This document shows positions 30,812 through 44,759 of a DNA stretch of 64,000 bases, in pieces. This DNA is from Vulcanimicrobiota bacterium (GTDB lineage Bacteria; Vulcanimicrobiota; Vulcanimicrobiia; Vulcanimicrobiales; Vulcanimicrobiaceae). The notes below the pieces were generated by a model. That model did not search any database. It worked only from the letters and a program-made list of their open reading frames with translations, and was not told the DNA's origin. Position numbers and translations under genes: made by a program. Location of the stretch: assembly GCA_963733295.1 (NCBI GenBank), contig CAVTCS010000003.1:2400001-2464000 (forward strand). The letters run 5' to 3'. Position 1 is the stretch's first letter. Every line of letters begins with the position of its first letter.

Positions 30812-33525
30812 ATGGACTGGAACGCCGAACGAGCCCGGATTGAGGCCGAGTGGGAACGCACCGAACATTGGAATCACTGGGGGCCGTACCTCAGCGACCG
30901 GCAGTGGGGAACCGTTCGCGAAGATTACAGTCGCGACGGGACGGCGTGGGAATACTTCCCGTTCGATCACGCGCGCTTGCGAGCGTACCGCTGGGGCGAG
31001 GACGGAATATTCGGCATTTGTGACGACAAGCAGCGCCTTTGTTTCGCACCCGCTTTTTGGAACGGCGCCGATCCGATTCTCAAAGAGCGGTTTTTCGGCC
31101 TCACCAATAGTCAGGGCAATCACGGCGAGGATGTCAAAGAGCAATACTACCACCTCGATAACGTGCCCTCGCACGCCTACATGTCGGCGCTCTACAAGTA
31201 TCCGCAGCGCGCGTTTCCGTACGCCGACCTGCTGGAAACGAACGCAAAGCGCTCGCGTTTCGATCCGGAATACGAGCTGGTCGATACCGGCGTCTTCAAC
31301 GACGACGCCTACTTCGACATCCACGTCGAATACGCCAAGCGCGAAGAGAAGGATCTCTTGGTGCGGATTACCGCGACCAACCGCGGCAAAGCGCCCGCTC
31401 CGTTGCATCTCGTCCCGCAACTGTGGTTCCGCAACGACTGGTCTTGGAAACCGGACACGATAAAACCGTCCATCGAGCCGCTCGCCGGCCACGCTCGCGC
31501 ATTTAGCGCGCAGCACCCAACACTCGGCGAGTACCGCTTCCATTACGCGGGCGACCCAAGCGTGCTCGTCACCGAGAACGAGACGAACTACGAAGCGCTC
31601 TACGGGGTGGGGAACGCGCGACCGTACGTCAAGGACGGGATCGATCGCGCGATCGTGCATGGCGACACGGCCGGCGTCAATCCGGAGCTTCGCGGCACGA
31701 AGCTCGCTCTGCACTACTTCTTCACGCTAGCTCCGGGCGAAGCGCGACAGATTCGCCTGCGTCTGACGGCTGGAGACGATCTGCAAGAAGCGCTCGATGA
31801 GTCCTTCGAAACGACGTTCAAAGAACGGATCTTCGAGGCCGACCGCTTCTACGCGGCGCTGAATCCGCATTCGACGAGCAAAGACCGGCGCCACGTGCAA
31901 CGAGCCGCATTCGCGGGCATGCTTTGGAACAAGCAATTCTACTTCTACGTCGTGCGCGACTGGCTGAAAGGCGACCCGCTCATGCCGCCGCCTCCGCCCG
32001 AACGCTGGGCCGGGCGCAATCACGACTGGTATCACCTCTACAACGACGACGTCCTGTCGATGCCGGATACCTGGGAGTACCCCTGGTACGCTGCCTGGGA
32101 TCTCGCGTTTCACACCGTCGTGTTCGCGCTCATCGATCCTGGATTTGCGAAGCGCCAGCTCGTTACGTTGACGCGCGAGTGGTACATGCACCCGAGCGGC
32201 GCGATCCCCGCCTACGAGTGGGGCTTCAGCGACGTGAATCCGCCCGTGCACGCCTGGGCCGCGTACCGCATCTTTCAAATCGAACACAAGATGTACGGAT
32301 ACGCCGACTATCTCTTCCTCGAGCGCGTCTTCCAGAAGCTGCTGCTAAATTTTACGTGGTGGGTCAACCGTGAGGATCCCGACGGACACAACGTATTCGC
32401 CGGCGGGTTCCTCGGTCTCGACAACATCGGATTATTCGATCGGAGCGCGAAGCTGCCGCCGGAGTGGCGCCTCGAGCAATCGGACGCCACCAGTTGGATG
32501 GCTGTCTACTCGCTGGATATGATGGCGATCGCTCTCGAGCTGGCGCAGCACAATCCGTCGTACGAAGACATCGCCTCGAAATTCTTCGAACACTTCCTCT
32601 ATATTGCAAACGCGATCAACAATGTGGAAGGCACCGAGACCGGGCTGTGGGATGAAAGCGACGGTCTCTACTACGACCAACTCGTCAATTCGAGCGGTCG
32701 CCGGTTTCCGATGAAAGTTCACTCAGTCGTAGGAATGTTGCCGATGCTGGCAGTCGAGACGCTTGCGCCGAAACTGCTGGCACGGATGCCCAACTTTAGG
32801 CGCCGGCTGGAGTGGTTCATCGAAAACCGGCCGGAGTTGCGCGCGAACGTCGCTTGCATGGAAACGGAAGGTACGGAGCAGCGCCGGCTTCTCTCCGTTG
32901 TCGATCGCGGCCGGCTCGAGAGGCTTCTGCGAAAACTGTTCGACGAGAACGAATTCCTGAGCCCGCACGGAATCCGCTCGGTCTCGCGCTACCACGCCGA
33001 GCATCCCTACGTCATTGCGTTCCGGGGTCGCGAACTTCGCGTCGACTACGAGCCGGCTGAGTCTCACAGCGGACTCTTCGGAGGAAATTCCAACTGGCGC
33101 GGTCCGGTTTGGTTTCCGATAAACTTCCTCTTAATCGAGGCGTTGCAGAACTACCACTTCTACTACGGCGATGATTTCCGGGTCGAGTTCCCTACCGGTT
33201 CCGGAAAGTACCTCACCCTGTGGGACGTCGCGTCCGAGCTTTCCGCGCGCCTCATCCGTATTTTCACCGTCGACGCCGACGGGCGCCGCCCGTTCTACGG
33301 CGGAGTCGAGAAATTCCAGCGCGATCCGTTCTTCAAGGATCTGTTGTTGTTCAATGAATACTTCCACGGCGACAACGCCGCCGGCATCGGAGCTTCACAC
33401 CAGACCGGCTGGACCGGTCTCGTCGCCAAGCTGATCCAACAGGTTAGCGAGTACGAGGGCGCAGGCAAGTCACCACTCGAGTGGAGCTACGAAGCGACGC
33501 CGGCCCCGGATTCGATTCCGACACG

Positions 33526-33529
<4 letters not shown>
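30812..33529 (+). CDS. GH63/MGH1-like glycoside hydrolase (paralog of 5037..7733)
   Basis: WGPYLSDRQWGTVREDYS, WEYPWYAAWDLAFH, GASHQTGWT. Confidence 0.9.
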
Positions 33530-35708
<2,179 letters not shown>

Positions 35709-35712
<4 letters not shown>

Positions 35713-37811
35713 TCGGGGTTCGTGGACCGGTCATCGACGTGGGCCAGCCGCGCCCGCTCGGCGCGACCTGGGACGGCAAGGGCGTCAACTTCGCACTCTT
35801 CTCCGCGCACGCCGAGAAGGTCGAACTCTGCATTTTCGACCAGCGCGGCCGGCGCGAGCTGCACCGGCTCGCGCTCGGCGGGCACACCGATCAAGTCTGG
35901 CACGGCTACGTGGCCGACGCGCGGCCGGGGCTACGTTACGGATACCGCGTGTACGGGCCTTACGAACCGCACGCCGGACACCGCTTCAATCCGAACAAAC
36001 TGCTGCTCGATCCGTACGCGAAGGCGATTTCGGGCGCATTGAAGTGGAGCGACGCACACTTCGGTTATCGCGTCGGTACGCACCGCGGCGATCTGTCGTT
36101 CGACCGTCGCGACAACGCCGCCGGTATGCCCAAGTCGGTCGTCGTCGACACGGCCTTCACGTGGGGAAACGAGCGTCCGCCCAACACGCCGTGGCGCGAC
36201 ACCGTCATCTACGAATTGAACGTGCGCGGCTTCACGATGGAATTCCCACGCTTACCCGGACCACTGCACGGAACGTTTCTCGCTCTCGGCTCGCCGCAGG
36301 TCATCGAGTACCTGCACAAGCTCGGCATCACGGCCGTCGAACTCATGCCGGTCCAAGCCTTCGTCGACGAGCGCGACCTGGTCGAGCGGCGCCTGCGCGA
36401 TGCGTGGGGTTACAACACGATCGGCTTTTTCGCACCGCACCTGCCCTACTTGCACGGCGAAGACATCAACCAGTTCAAAACGATGACGACGCAGTTGCAC
36501 GAGGCCGGTATCGAAGTGATCCTCGACGTCGTCTACAACCATACGGCCGAGGGCAACGAGAACGGCCCGACGCTGTCGTTTCGTGGAATCGACAATAAGT
36601 CGTATTACCGCTTAGCCGAGGATCCGCGCTTCTACGACGACGTTAGCGGCTGCGGGAACACCCTCAACCTTGAGCATCCGCGCGTCTTGCAATTCGTCAT
36701 GGACTCTCTGCGCTACTGGGCGACGGAGATGCACGTCGACGGCTTCCGCTTCGATCTCGCGCCGGCGCTGTCCCGAACCGCGCAGGGTGTCGACCAGCGT
36801 AGCGGCTTCTTGAAAGCGATCGCCCAAGACCCCGCGCTGGCCCGCACGAAACTCATCGCCGAGCCGTGGGATCTTGGCATCGGCGGATACCAACTCGGAC
36901 GCTTTCCCCCCGGATGGTCGGAGTGGAACGACCGCTATCGCGATGGCGTGCGGCGCTTCTGGCTCGGTCACGACGCCACGGTCCCCGAACTCGCTTCCTG
37001 CTTGACCGGTTCGAGCGAAATCTTCGCGCATGAGAGCCGTCACTTGCGGGCGTCGATCAACTTCGTGACCGCCCATGACGGTTTTACGCTGCGCGATCTC
37101 GTCAGCTACGACAACAAGCACAACGAAGCGAACGGTGAAGGCAACCACGACGGCAGCGATGCGAATCTCAGCTGGAACTGCGGCGTCGAGGGCCCGAGCG
37201 ACGACCCCGCGGTCGTCGCGTTGCGCGCGAGGCAGACGCGGAACTTCCTCGCGACGCTCTTGCTTTCGCAAGGCGTCCCGATGTTGCTTGCGGGAGACGA
37301 ACGGGGCCGTACTCAGGACGGGAATAACAACGCCTACTGCCAAGACGGACCGCTGACCTGGATTGCGTGGACCCCGCCTGACGATCCGGACCTGGTCGAG
37401 TTCGTGCGCGCCCTCATCGATCTGCGCCGGACGAACGCGGCCTTTCGACGCGAACTTTTTTTTCGGGGCGAGCCGCTACCCGACGGTTCGCGCAAAGACC
37501 TGACTTGGCTTCGCCCGGACGGCCGCGAGATGGAAGAGGCCGATTGGTTCGACGCGGGACGGCGCGTGATCGGCTTGCTCTTCGGCGACGACAGCGGGCA
37601 GGACGAGCGTCTGTTTGCGATGTTCCTCAACGCGCACGACGGCGAATTCCCGATGGAGCTTCCGGCTCACGCCGCCGGTTGGGAATTGCTGATCGACACG
37701 GCCGGCAATCCGCGCAGCGACATCCGCTTCCCAATGCCGGTGACGGGGCGTCTCGTCTTGCGCGCCCGCTCGCTCCAACTCTTCCGCACGCGCGCGCGGC
37801 GAGAGGCGTGA
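35709..37811 (+). CDS. glgX: Glycogen debranching enzyme
   Basis: LLLDPYA, DVVYNHTAEG, GFRFDLA, AEPWD, TAHDGFT, GNNNAYCQD. Confidence 0.95.
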
Positions 37812-39526
37812 GCGCGGCCCGCGCCTTTCTGCCGGAGCCGCTCGCGAGCGGCGGCCGCGCTTGGGGTTTTTCGCTGAACCTCTATTCACTGCGCTCGCAG
37901 CGCAACTGGGGAATCGGCGATTTCTCCGATCTGCGCAGTTTTCTGCGGATTGCGGCGTCGCTCGGCGCTTCGTACGTCGGCATCAACCCGCTGCACGCTC
38001 TCGCGCCGCTGGAGCCGTCTGGCGCCAGCCCGTACGGTCCCACCAGCCGATTCTTCCTCAATCCGCTCTACATCGACATCGAAGCGGTGCCCGAGTACGC
38101 GCGCATCGCAGGGCGGCGTTCGGCCCGCCAGCGGGTGGCACGACGCGAAGCTCTTGCGGCGCTCCGCGCCGTGCCGCTCATCGATTACCCGGCCGTCGCG
38201 GCGCAGAAACAGGCCGCGTTGCGCGAACTCTATCACGCTTTCATCAAGTGCGGCGACGAGCGCCGCGCGCAGTTCGATGTTTTCGCGGCGCGCGAAGGTT
38301 TGCGGCTCGAGCGCTTCGCGCAGTACGAAGCACTGGATGAGTTCCTGACCGGAGACGCGGCCGCTCACGGCTGGTTCGCCTGGCCGCAACAGTATCGCGA
38401 TCCCGCATCGCCGGCGGTCGAACGCTTCGCCCGGGAGGAGCGCAAGCGGATCGATTTTTACCGCTACGCGCAGTTCGTCGCCGACGAACAACTCTCGGCC
38501 GTCCAGACCGAAGGCAGCGCGCTGGGAGTCCGACTGTATCGCGACCTGGCCGTCGGCGTCGAGGCGAGCGGCCCCGACGTGTGGTCCGACCGCTCCGCAT
38601 ACGTTCTCGCTGAAACGATCGGCGCGCCGCCCGATGCGCTCGGCCCCAACGGTCAAAACTGGGGCTTGCCTCCGCCCGACCCCCTGACCATCGCCGAGAA
38701 CGGCGCGGAACGCTTCGCGCAGCTGCTGCGTGCGAACATGCGTCACGCCGGCGCGCTGCGCCTCGATCACGTCATGTCCTTGACGCGTCTTTTTCGCATT
38801 CCGCTTGGACGAACGGCGCGCGACGGCAGCTACGTCGAATATCCGCTCGAAGCCCTGCTCGCTGCGGTCGAGCGCGAGAGCGTCCGCGCGCGCTGCGCGG
38901 TCATCGGAGAGGATTTGGGCAACGTCCCCGACGGCTTCCGCGAACGCATGGAAGAGACGCAGATTCTTTCGTACCGCCTACTGCCGTTCGAACGCGAGTC
39001 TGACGGCCGGTTCAAAGCGCCCGACTCTTATCCACGCCTCGCACTCGCAACCGCCGGGACCCACGACCTTCCGACCTTGGCCGGTTGGGCGCTCGGGCGC
39101 GATATCGAAGTGCGCCGCGAGGCCGGCCTGCTTTCCGCGGACGCCGCAAATGAAGCGCTGGCCGAGCGCCGGGAAGACGTCGAACTCTTGCTCGAAGCGC
39201 TCGTGACTCACGCCACGTTTTCGCCAGAAGACGGGCGCGCCGCGCTTGCCGCGGTCGAGCGAGGCGAACCCGACGTCAGCGCGTTCGCTCCGCTCGTCAT
39301 CGCCACGTATCGCTATCTCGCGCGAACGCCGGCATGCCTCGCTTTCGTGCAACTCGACGACGCGGTCGTTTCCTTCGATCAGGCGAACTTGCCTGGAACC
39401 GTCCTTGAGTATCCGAATTGGCGCCGCAAGATGACGATCGAGGTAGAGGCGCTCGCGACGCACCCTACCGTCGGCGCGATCGCTGCGGAACTCCGGGCGG
39501 AAAGACCGCTCGGCCATACGAAGTGA
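37808..39526 (+). CDS. malQ: 4-alpha-glucanotransferase
   Basis: GIGDF, YRDLAVG, LRLDHVM, GEDLG, THDLPT, NLPGT..YPNWRRK. Confidence 0.93.
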   Translation: MSAARAFLPEPLASGGRAWGFSLNLYSLRSQRNWGIGDFSDLRSFLRIAASLGASYVGINPLHALAPLEPSGASPYGPTSRFFLNPLYIDIEAVPEYARIAGRRSARQRVARREALAALRAVPLIDYPAVAAQKQAALRELYHAFIKCGDERRAQFDVFAAREGLRLERFAQYEALDEFLTGDAAAHGWFAWPQQYRDPASPAVERFAREERKRIDFYRYAQFVADEQLSAVQTEGSALGVRLYRDLAVGVEASGPDVWSDRSAYVLAETIGAPPDALGPNGQNWGLPPPDPLTIAENGAERFAQLLRANMRHAGALRLDHVMSLTRLFRIPLGRTARDGSYVEYPLEALLAAVERESVRARCAVIGEDLGNVPDGFRERMEETQILSYRLLPFERESDGRFKAPDSYPRLALATAGTHDLPTLAGWALGRDIEVRREAGLLSADAANEALAERREDVELLLEALVTHATFSPEDGRAALAAVERGEPDVSAFAPLVIATYRYLARTPACLAFVQLDDAVVSFDQANLPGTVLEYPNWRRKMTIEVEALATHPTVGAIAAELRAERPLGHTK

Positions 39527-39535
39527 CCTAGCGGC

Positions 39536-42037
39536 ATGAAAGCGGTAGTGATGGCAGGCGGTGAGGGTTCGCGACTGCGTCCTCTGACGTCGCGCCGTCC
39601 CAAGCCCCTCGCGCCGGTCGCGAACAAACCGGTGATGGAGCACATCGTCGATCTGCTGCGTCGCCACGGCGTGACCGACATCGTGTCGACACTGCACTAC
39701 TTGGCCGACGAAATCGAGAGCTATTTCGGCGACGGTAGCGATTTCGGCGTGCGGATGTCGTACGTCGTCGAGGACACCCCGCTAGGCACGGCGGGCGCGG
39801 TCAAGATGGCCGAGCCGTTGCTCTCGGACGCGCCGTTCGTCGTGATCTCGGGCGACGCGCTAACCGATCTCGATCTCGGCGCGCTCGCCGCAGCTCATGC
39901 GGAGAGCGGTGCCTTCGCCACGATCACACTGAAACGGGTCACCAATCCACTCGAGTTCGGCGTCGTGATCGTCGACGAAAAGCATCAGATCACGCGCTTT
40001 CTCGAAAAGCCTTCATGGGGCGAGATTTTTTCGGACACGATCAACACGGGCATCTACATGCTCGATCCCGGCATCTTCGAGTTCATGGAAGCCGGCAAGT
40101 CGTACGATTTCTCGCGAGATCTGTTTCCGCGCTTGATGCACGAAGGCAAGCTCGTCCAGGGATACATCACCCAAGATTACTGGACCGACATCGGTAACCT
40201 GCAACAATATCAGCAGGCCAACTACGATGCGCTCGGCGGCCGCGTGCAGCTGACCATTCCCGGGACGGAACGTTCGCCTGGGATCTGGATCGGCGAAAAC
40301 TGTTCGATTCATCCCGAAGCGCATCTCGAAGCGCCGGTGGTTCTCGGTAAGAACGTGGTCCTAGAGGCGGGCTCGGTCGTCGGAGGCGAGAGCGTCGTCG
40401 GGAACGCGACGATCGTGGCCAAGCACGCACGCTTCGATCGCTCCGTGTCGTGGGCGGACTGCTACGTCGGCGAGCATTCGGTCGTTTCCGGTAGCACGAT
40501 CGCCGACAAGAACATCATCAAAGATCACGTTACGATCAACGAAGGCAGCGTCATCGGAAGCGGCTGCACGGTCGGTAGCGGTGCCGTCGTTCGCTCGAAC
40601 ATCAAGCTTTGGCCGGACAAATCCGTTACCTCCGGCGCGATCGTCTCGATGTCGCTCATCTACGGCATCAAATGGCCCGGTTCGCTTTTCGGCGGCATCG
40701 GCGTCAGCGGTCTCGCGAACGTCGAGATCACGCCCTCTTTCGCGCTCGCGCTCGGACAGGCGTTCGGCTCGCACTTCCGGCAAGGCCAGGTCGCGTTCAG
40801 CAGCCGCGACGCCCACCCTGCCGCGCGCATGCTGAACCGCTGCATCATCTCGGGGCTGCTCAGCGTCGGCGTGAACGTCGAGGATCAGCGCACCATTCCG
40901 CTCCCGCTCGCCCGCTACTCTGTGCGCATGGGCGGGGACGGCGGCATTCACACGCGAGTCGATCCCAAAGATCCGAACTCCGTGCTCATCGAAGTTCTCG
41001 ACGCCAATGGCGTCAACGTCGACACGAACACCGAGCGCAAGATCGAGAACCTGTTCTTCCGCGAAGATTTCCGCCGCACGGCGATGGACGAAGTCGCACA
41101 GTTGTCGTTTCCGGCGCGTTCCGTCGAGCTCTACACCAGCGCGTTTCTGCAGGCGCTCAAACCGAGAGCACTTCCGGCAGCGAAATTCCGCGTCGTGGTC
41201 GACTACGCTTACGGTAATGCCTCGATCGTTCTACCCAGCATCCTTTCGAACTTAGGCGTCGATATCGTGGCGCTCGACGCGTACTACGATGAAGCGAAAG
41301 CGCGAACGTTCCGGAGCGACCGCGAACGCTATCTCGAGCAGCTTCGCACCGTGACGCTGACGCTGGGCGCGGACCTCGGCGTCCTGGTCGACCACGACGG
41401 CGAAGCGTTCGCTCTCATCGACGACATGGGACGGATCATCGCCGGCAACCGCCTCCTGGCGCTCGTCACGCTGATGATCGGTCGCGCCAAACCCGGGGCT
41501 CGCATCGCGGTCCCGATCACGACGCCGAGCGTCATCGAACAGCTGGCGACCTCGCTCGGAGCGACGATCACGCGGACGCGAAGCGACCACCGCTCGATGA
41601 TGGCGCTCGCGCAAGCCGAACGTGACACGCTCGACTACGGCAGCGGCTTCAAGCAAGAGCCGATCTTCCCCGAGTTTCAACCTGCCTTCGACGCGCTCTA
41701 CGCGATCGTCAAGATCATGGAGATGCTCGCCATGGAAGGTCGCAAGCTCCACGAACTCAACGATCTCTTACCGCACTGGTTCTTCCGCCACCGCTCGATC
41801 CGGTGTCCCTGGGAACGCAAAGGCGTCGTGATGCGAACCATCGTCGACCGCTACGCCGGACACGACATCGAGCTTTTCGACGGCGTGCGCGTGCGTCAGG
41901 ACGGTGGCTGGTTCCTGGTGCTGCCGGACGCCTCGGACCCAACGCTCAACGTCTACGCCGAGGGTTCGAGCGGCGACGACGCCGACCGGCTGATCGGCGA
42001 TATCGCTCAGCAGATCGAAACGCTGGTCGAAGCCTAA
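39536..42037 (+). CDS. Mannose-1-phosphate guanylyltransferase-like nucleotidyltransferase fused to a phosphomannomutase-like domain
   Basis: [22 protein letters not shown], hexapeptide repeats, C-terminal PGM/PMM-like region. Confidence 0.88.
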   Translation: MKAVVMAGGEGSRLRPLTSRRPKPLAPVANKPVMEHIVDLLRRHGVTDIVSTLHYLADEIESYFGDGSDFGVRMSYVVEDTPLGTAGAVKMAEPLLSDAPFVVISGDALTDLDLGALAAAHAESGAFATITLKRVTNPLEFGVVIVDEKHQITRFLEKPSWGEIFSDTINTGIYMLDPGIFEFMEAGKSYDFSRDLFPRLMHEGKLVQGYITQDYWTDIGNLQQYQQANYDALGGRVQLTIPGTERSPGIWIGENCSIHPEAHLEAPVVLGKNVVLEAGSVVGGESVVGNATIVAKHARFDRSVSWADCYVGEHSVVSGSTIADKNIIKDHVTINEGSVIGSGCTVGSGAVVRSNIKLWPDKSVTSGAIVSMSLIYGIKWPGSLFGGIGVSGLANVEITPSFALALGQAFGSHFRQGQVAFSSRDAHPAARMLNRCIISGLLSVGVNVEDQRTIPLPLARYSVRMGGDGGIHTRVDPKDPNSVLIEVLDANGVNVDTNTERKIENLFFREDFRRTAMDEVAQLSFPARSVELYTSAFLQALKPRALPAAKFRVVVDYAYGNASIVLPSILSNLGVDIVALDAYYDEAKARTFRSDRERYLEQLRTVTLTLGADLGVLVDHDGEAFALIDDMGRIIAGNRLLALVTLMIGRAKPGARIAVPITTPSVIEQLATSLGATITRTRSDHRSMMALAQAERDTLDYGSGFKQEPIFPEFQPAFDALYAIVKIMEMLAMEGRKLHELNDLLPHWFFRHRSIRCPWERKGVVMRTIVDRYAGHDIELFDGVRVRQDGGWFLVLPDASDPTLNVYAEGSSGDDADRLIGDIAQQIETLVEA
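41918..42005 (+). repeat. 88-bp direct repeat, copy 1 (3' end of the nucleotidyltransferase gene)
   Basis: 79/88 identical to 48966..49053 by manual alignment. Confidence 0.9.
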
Positions 42038-42059
42038 GGCTCGTTCCGCGGTCCGCGGC

Positions 42060-42618
42060 TTAGGTGCTGCTCTCGCCGAGGTATTCCGCTAGCGGCTTCC
42101 AGTATCTGACCGGCCAGCCGGCGTCGAGGTGATCGAATTCGCCGTCCGGGAAGGCCGTCTGGGTTAGAACCAGGTGCGTTCCGGTGTCAATCGGCGTCAG
42201 GTCGAATCTGACGATCGAGTAAACTCCCGGGGCCCAAGTCGTAGCCCGCCAAGCCTGGACGATCTCGCTGTTCGGAATGAGCTCAACGTTACGTCCGACG
42301 ATTTGGCCGTCGAACAGGGAGAACGCGCCGCCCGCCGACCGGTCGATCGCCGCCATCAGCCGGTGGACGCAGTAAATTCCTTGGCGTTAATGAGCGCATC
42401 GAAGACGCGCTGAGGGCTGGCGTGAAAATCGACTTCCTGATGGAGCGACGTGCGTGACACGTTCCTCGGGGTGCCCGGTATCTGGTTCATCATCGGCTGC
42501 GGCGTCGGTTGTGCTGCGCGATCGCGCGAACGCCCGAAAGTGTCGCCACGCCTCCAAAGGCCGTCGCGATGACGCGCACGAGCCGGCGCCGGCTGAGCGT
42601 AGTGTCGAGCGCTTTCAA
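42060..42618 (-). pseudogene. Tat-signal SRPBCC/AHA1-like protein with two frameshifts
   Basis: Frame A MKALDTTLSRRRLV..; frame B ..LHQEVDFHASPQRVFDAL..; frame C AIDRSAGGAFSLF..IVQAWR..GWPVRYW; shifts near 42515 and 42357. Confidence 0.7.
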
Positions 42619-42999
42619 ATCGTTTCCTCGTGCATTCTGTTTCCTCCAAACGGTCTATCAAGCAGTCCCCGATAGTTACCGGAGATGTTTAATATTTTCG
42701 CACCCTCGACCTCGTTGCGCACGGGAAATTTTTGTCCACGCCGTGGCGCGGCAACCACACCAATTCCCGCTCATCTCACCAAGCAAGCGTCCCGGTTGTC
42801 CGGCCCAGCGGAACTGGGGAAAGAGGTTTGGAATCAAAGTCGTTCCGGCAATGAAGATCGCCCACAATTGGAGCGCCTGCGTGAACCGAAGCGACGCTGA
42901 AGCACGGCGAGCAAGCTGTTCTGCGGTCGTCAGCACGCGGAGATCACGGCCAACGCTCTGTAGCAGGCGTGAGCTTTAACGTTGGCTACCGGCGGGAAT

Positions 43000-43422
43000 C
43001 TACAAACGGCCGCCCGCGGCCGTACATCCAAGTTTTGTGAGTTCCGACTCGGATACCGTTCGCACCGCCGCTATGGGGTGCGGTTCTGTCTGTAAGAAAC
43101 CGGTCGCGACGATCTGTCCGACGCGGAACGTATGAGGCGGAGCACCGGTAACGGTTTCTTCCAGCTGTGCCGTCTTGGAAGCATGGCAGCCCGCACAGGG
43201 GAGGCAACGTACCCCGAGGGTCACCGAGCCGCCTGATTGCGTGGACATCCGGATGATCTCGGCCAAGTTCTCGGGCACGATTTCGAAACGAGTCTGCGTA
43301 AACGTCCGATGTTCCTTCGGGATGCCGGCGCTGATTGAGACGATTGGCAAAGCGAGAACCAATAGTGCGCCAACGGCGGCAACCCGAACGCTGTCCTTGT
43401 AACTCCGTCGACGACGCGTCAC
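43000..43422 (-). CDS. Exported hypothetical protein with CxxCH motif
   Basis: Basic and hydrophobic N-terminus; CLPCAGCH; GTGA overlap with the upstream gene. Confidence 0.55.
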   Translation of the reverse strand: MTRRRRSYKDSVRVAAVGALLVLALPIVSISAGIPKEHRTFTQTRFEIVPENLAEIIRMSTQSGGSVTLGVRCLPCAGCHASKTAQLEETVTGAPPHTFRVGQIVATGFLQTEPHPIAAVRTVSESELTKLGCTAAGGRL

Positions 43423-43895
43423 GTTTGGTTCAGTGCCGCCTGCGTTACTAATTGCTGAGCGATCGCTGCGGGGATGCTGGGTATCAGCGTCACGATGTCC
43501 GTGGCCGTATAGCCGCCAGCGCCCCCGCTCAGTTTCTGCCAGGAGCCCGAGGTATTCGTCGCAATGATCGCGCCCCCCACGTTTCCACTATACCAGCATG
43601 CCTCGGCAAAATTTCCGACGATAGCGATACTCGATACCGTGGCCCACGGACGCGCGATGAGCGCCGTCAATTGCGACAAGTCGGTGCTCGTCGGGGGCCG
43701 CGGTGTCGGAGCCTGCGTCGGGGCCTGCGTGGGCGGTGCCGTCGGGCAGACCGGCGGACAGTTATAAAGAACAGCTGGAACAGCCTTTCTGGACTCAGAG
43801 CCGGCGAAGCTCGTTCCCGCACCGGCGAAGGCCAAAATGGAGAGCGCTAGCGCGAAGACAATGGCGCCAGCGATGTAATGCCGATCCGTTTTCAC
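43419..43895 (-). CDS. Secreted hypothetical protein (candidate immunity/partner)
   Basis: GAGAGGA RBS, signal peptide, CPPVC, PT linker, small C-terminal domain. Confidence 0.65.
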   Translation of the reverse strand: MKTDRHYIAGAIVFALALSILAFAGAGTSFAGSESRKAVPAVLYNCPPVCPTAPPTQAPTQAPTPRPPTSTDLSQLTALIARPWATVSSIAIVGNFAEACWYSGNVGGAIIATNTSGSWQKLSGGAGGYTATDIVTLIPSIPAAIAQQLVTQAALNQT

Positions 43896-43908
43896 TTTCA
43901 GCGTCCTC

Positions 43909-44757
43909 TCAATTATGGTGGTAGAAAATCGGAGTGGTGGCTGGTAGGTTGTCGTCACTATTCGCAGCAGTCGTTCCCTCGGTCTCGACGGTGTCATCCC
44001 ACGTGAACGTTCCGGGAGTGCTCGAATTCGAAATCATCCTATCGTTTCCCTCATAAATGCCGGCATGGGTTCCTCCGAGGTCGTCCTCAAGTACGACGAT
44101 ATCTCCCGGAACAGCACTGCTTTGTGAAACCTGCGTATAACCGCTATACGGAAGGTTGGTCTGCAGGACCGAAACAAGATTCGTTCCGCCGGGTCCGGGA
44201 CCGATCGGCGTAAGCCCGGCATTGATCAAGACCTGGTTCACCGCAGCCACGCACTCATTGCCAATCGACGCACCGTTGAGCCCTCTCGTGCTCGTCCCTT
44301 TGAAGGCCTCCGCGGCTTGATAGATCTTTTGTGCATAGTTGCTCGGAGTCGCAGTCGGTTTAGGTTTCGGAGTCGGCGTCGGGGACCCGCCGCCGGAATC
44401 GCAAGCCAGGATGCTACGGCCCTCTCGCGGCTTTCTCAACGTCTGCCGCTCTCCGTTACAACCGGTGTCGCTGCCGCCGCCGTCGCCGCCGCCGATGTCG
44501 TAACCACCGTCGCCACCACCGTTGCCGCCTACGCAAACGTCGGCTGAGTTGCTGTCGTCGCAATCCTCACCTATCGTCAGCGGACGGAGTGAAGGCGGCC
44601 GGGCCGCTGGTGTGGCGACGATGTCAGGCAGCGCCTGATTTGTCCGGGCAACGCTTTGAGGCGCGTTCTGGGTGTTTGCCGGAAGGCTGGGAGAGCCTTG
44701 GGACGAGCACGCGGCGATGATGAAGCATCCCGCGAGCAGCATCGCGACAGGTCGCAA
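43909..44757 (-). CDS. Lipoprotein with C-terminal NlpC/P60 (CHAP-like) Cys-His hydrolase domain
   Basis: Lipobox IAAC; NECVAAVNQVL (Cys), PGDIVV, THAGIY (His), MISNSS. Confidence 0.7.
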   Translation of the reverse strand: MRPVAMLLAGCFIIAACSSQGSPSLPANTQNAPQSVARTNQALPDIVATPAARPPSLRPLTIGEDCDDSNSADVCVGGNGGGDGGYDIGGGDGGGSDTGCNGERQTLRKPREGRSILACDSGGGSPTPTPKPKPTATPSNYAQKIYQAAEAFKGTSTRGLNGASIGNECVAAVNQVLINAGLTPIGPGPGGTNLVSVLQTNLPYSGYTQVSQSSAVPGDIVVLEDDLGGTHAGIYEGNDRMISNSSTPGTFTWDDTVETEGTTAANSDDNLPATTPIFYHHN

Positions 44758-44759
44758 AT

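Noticed and set aside
42820..42900. SRSGNEDRPQLERL resembling the serine-recombinase SG..DRPxL motif
   Set aside because: Too short; no YxRVS catalytic motif or DRL continuation visible
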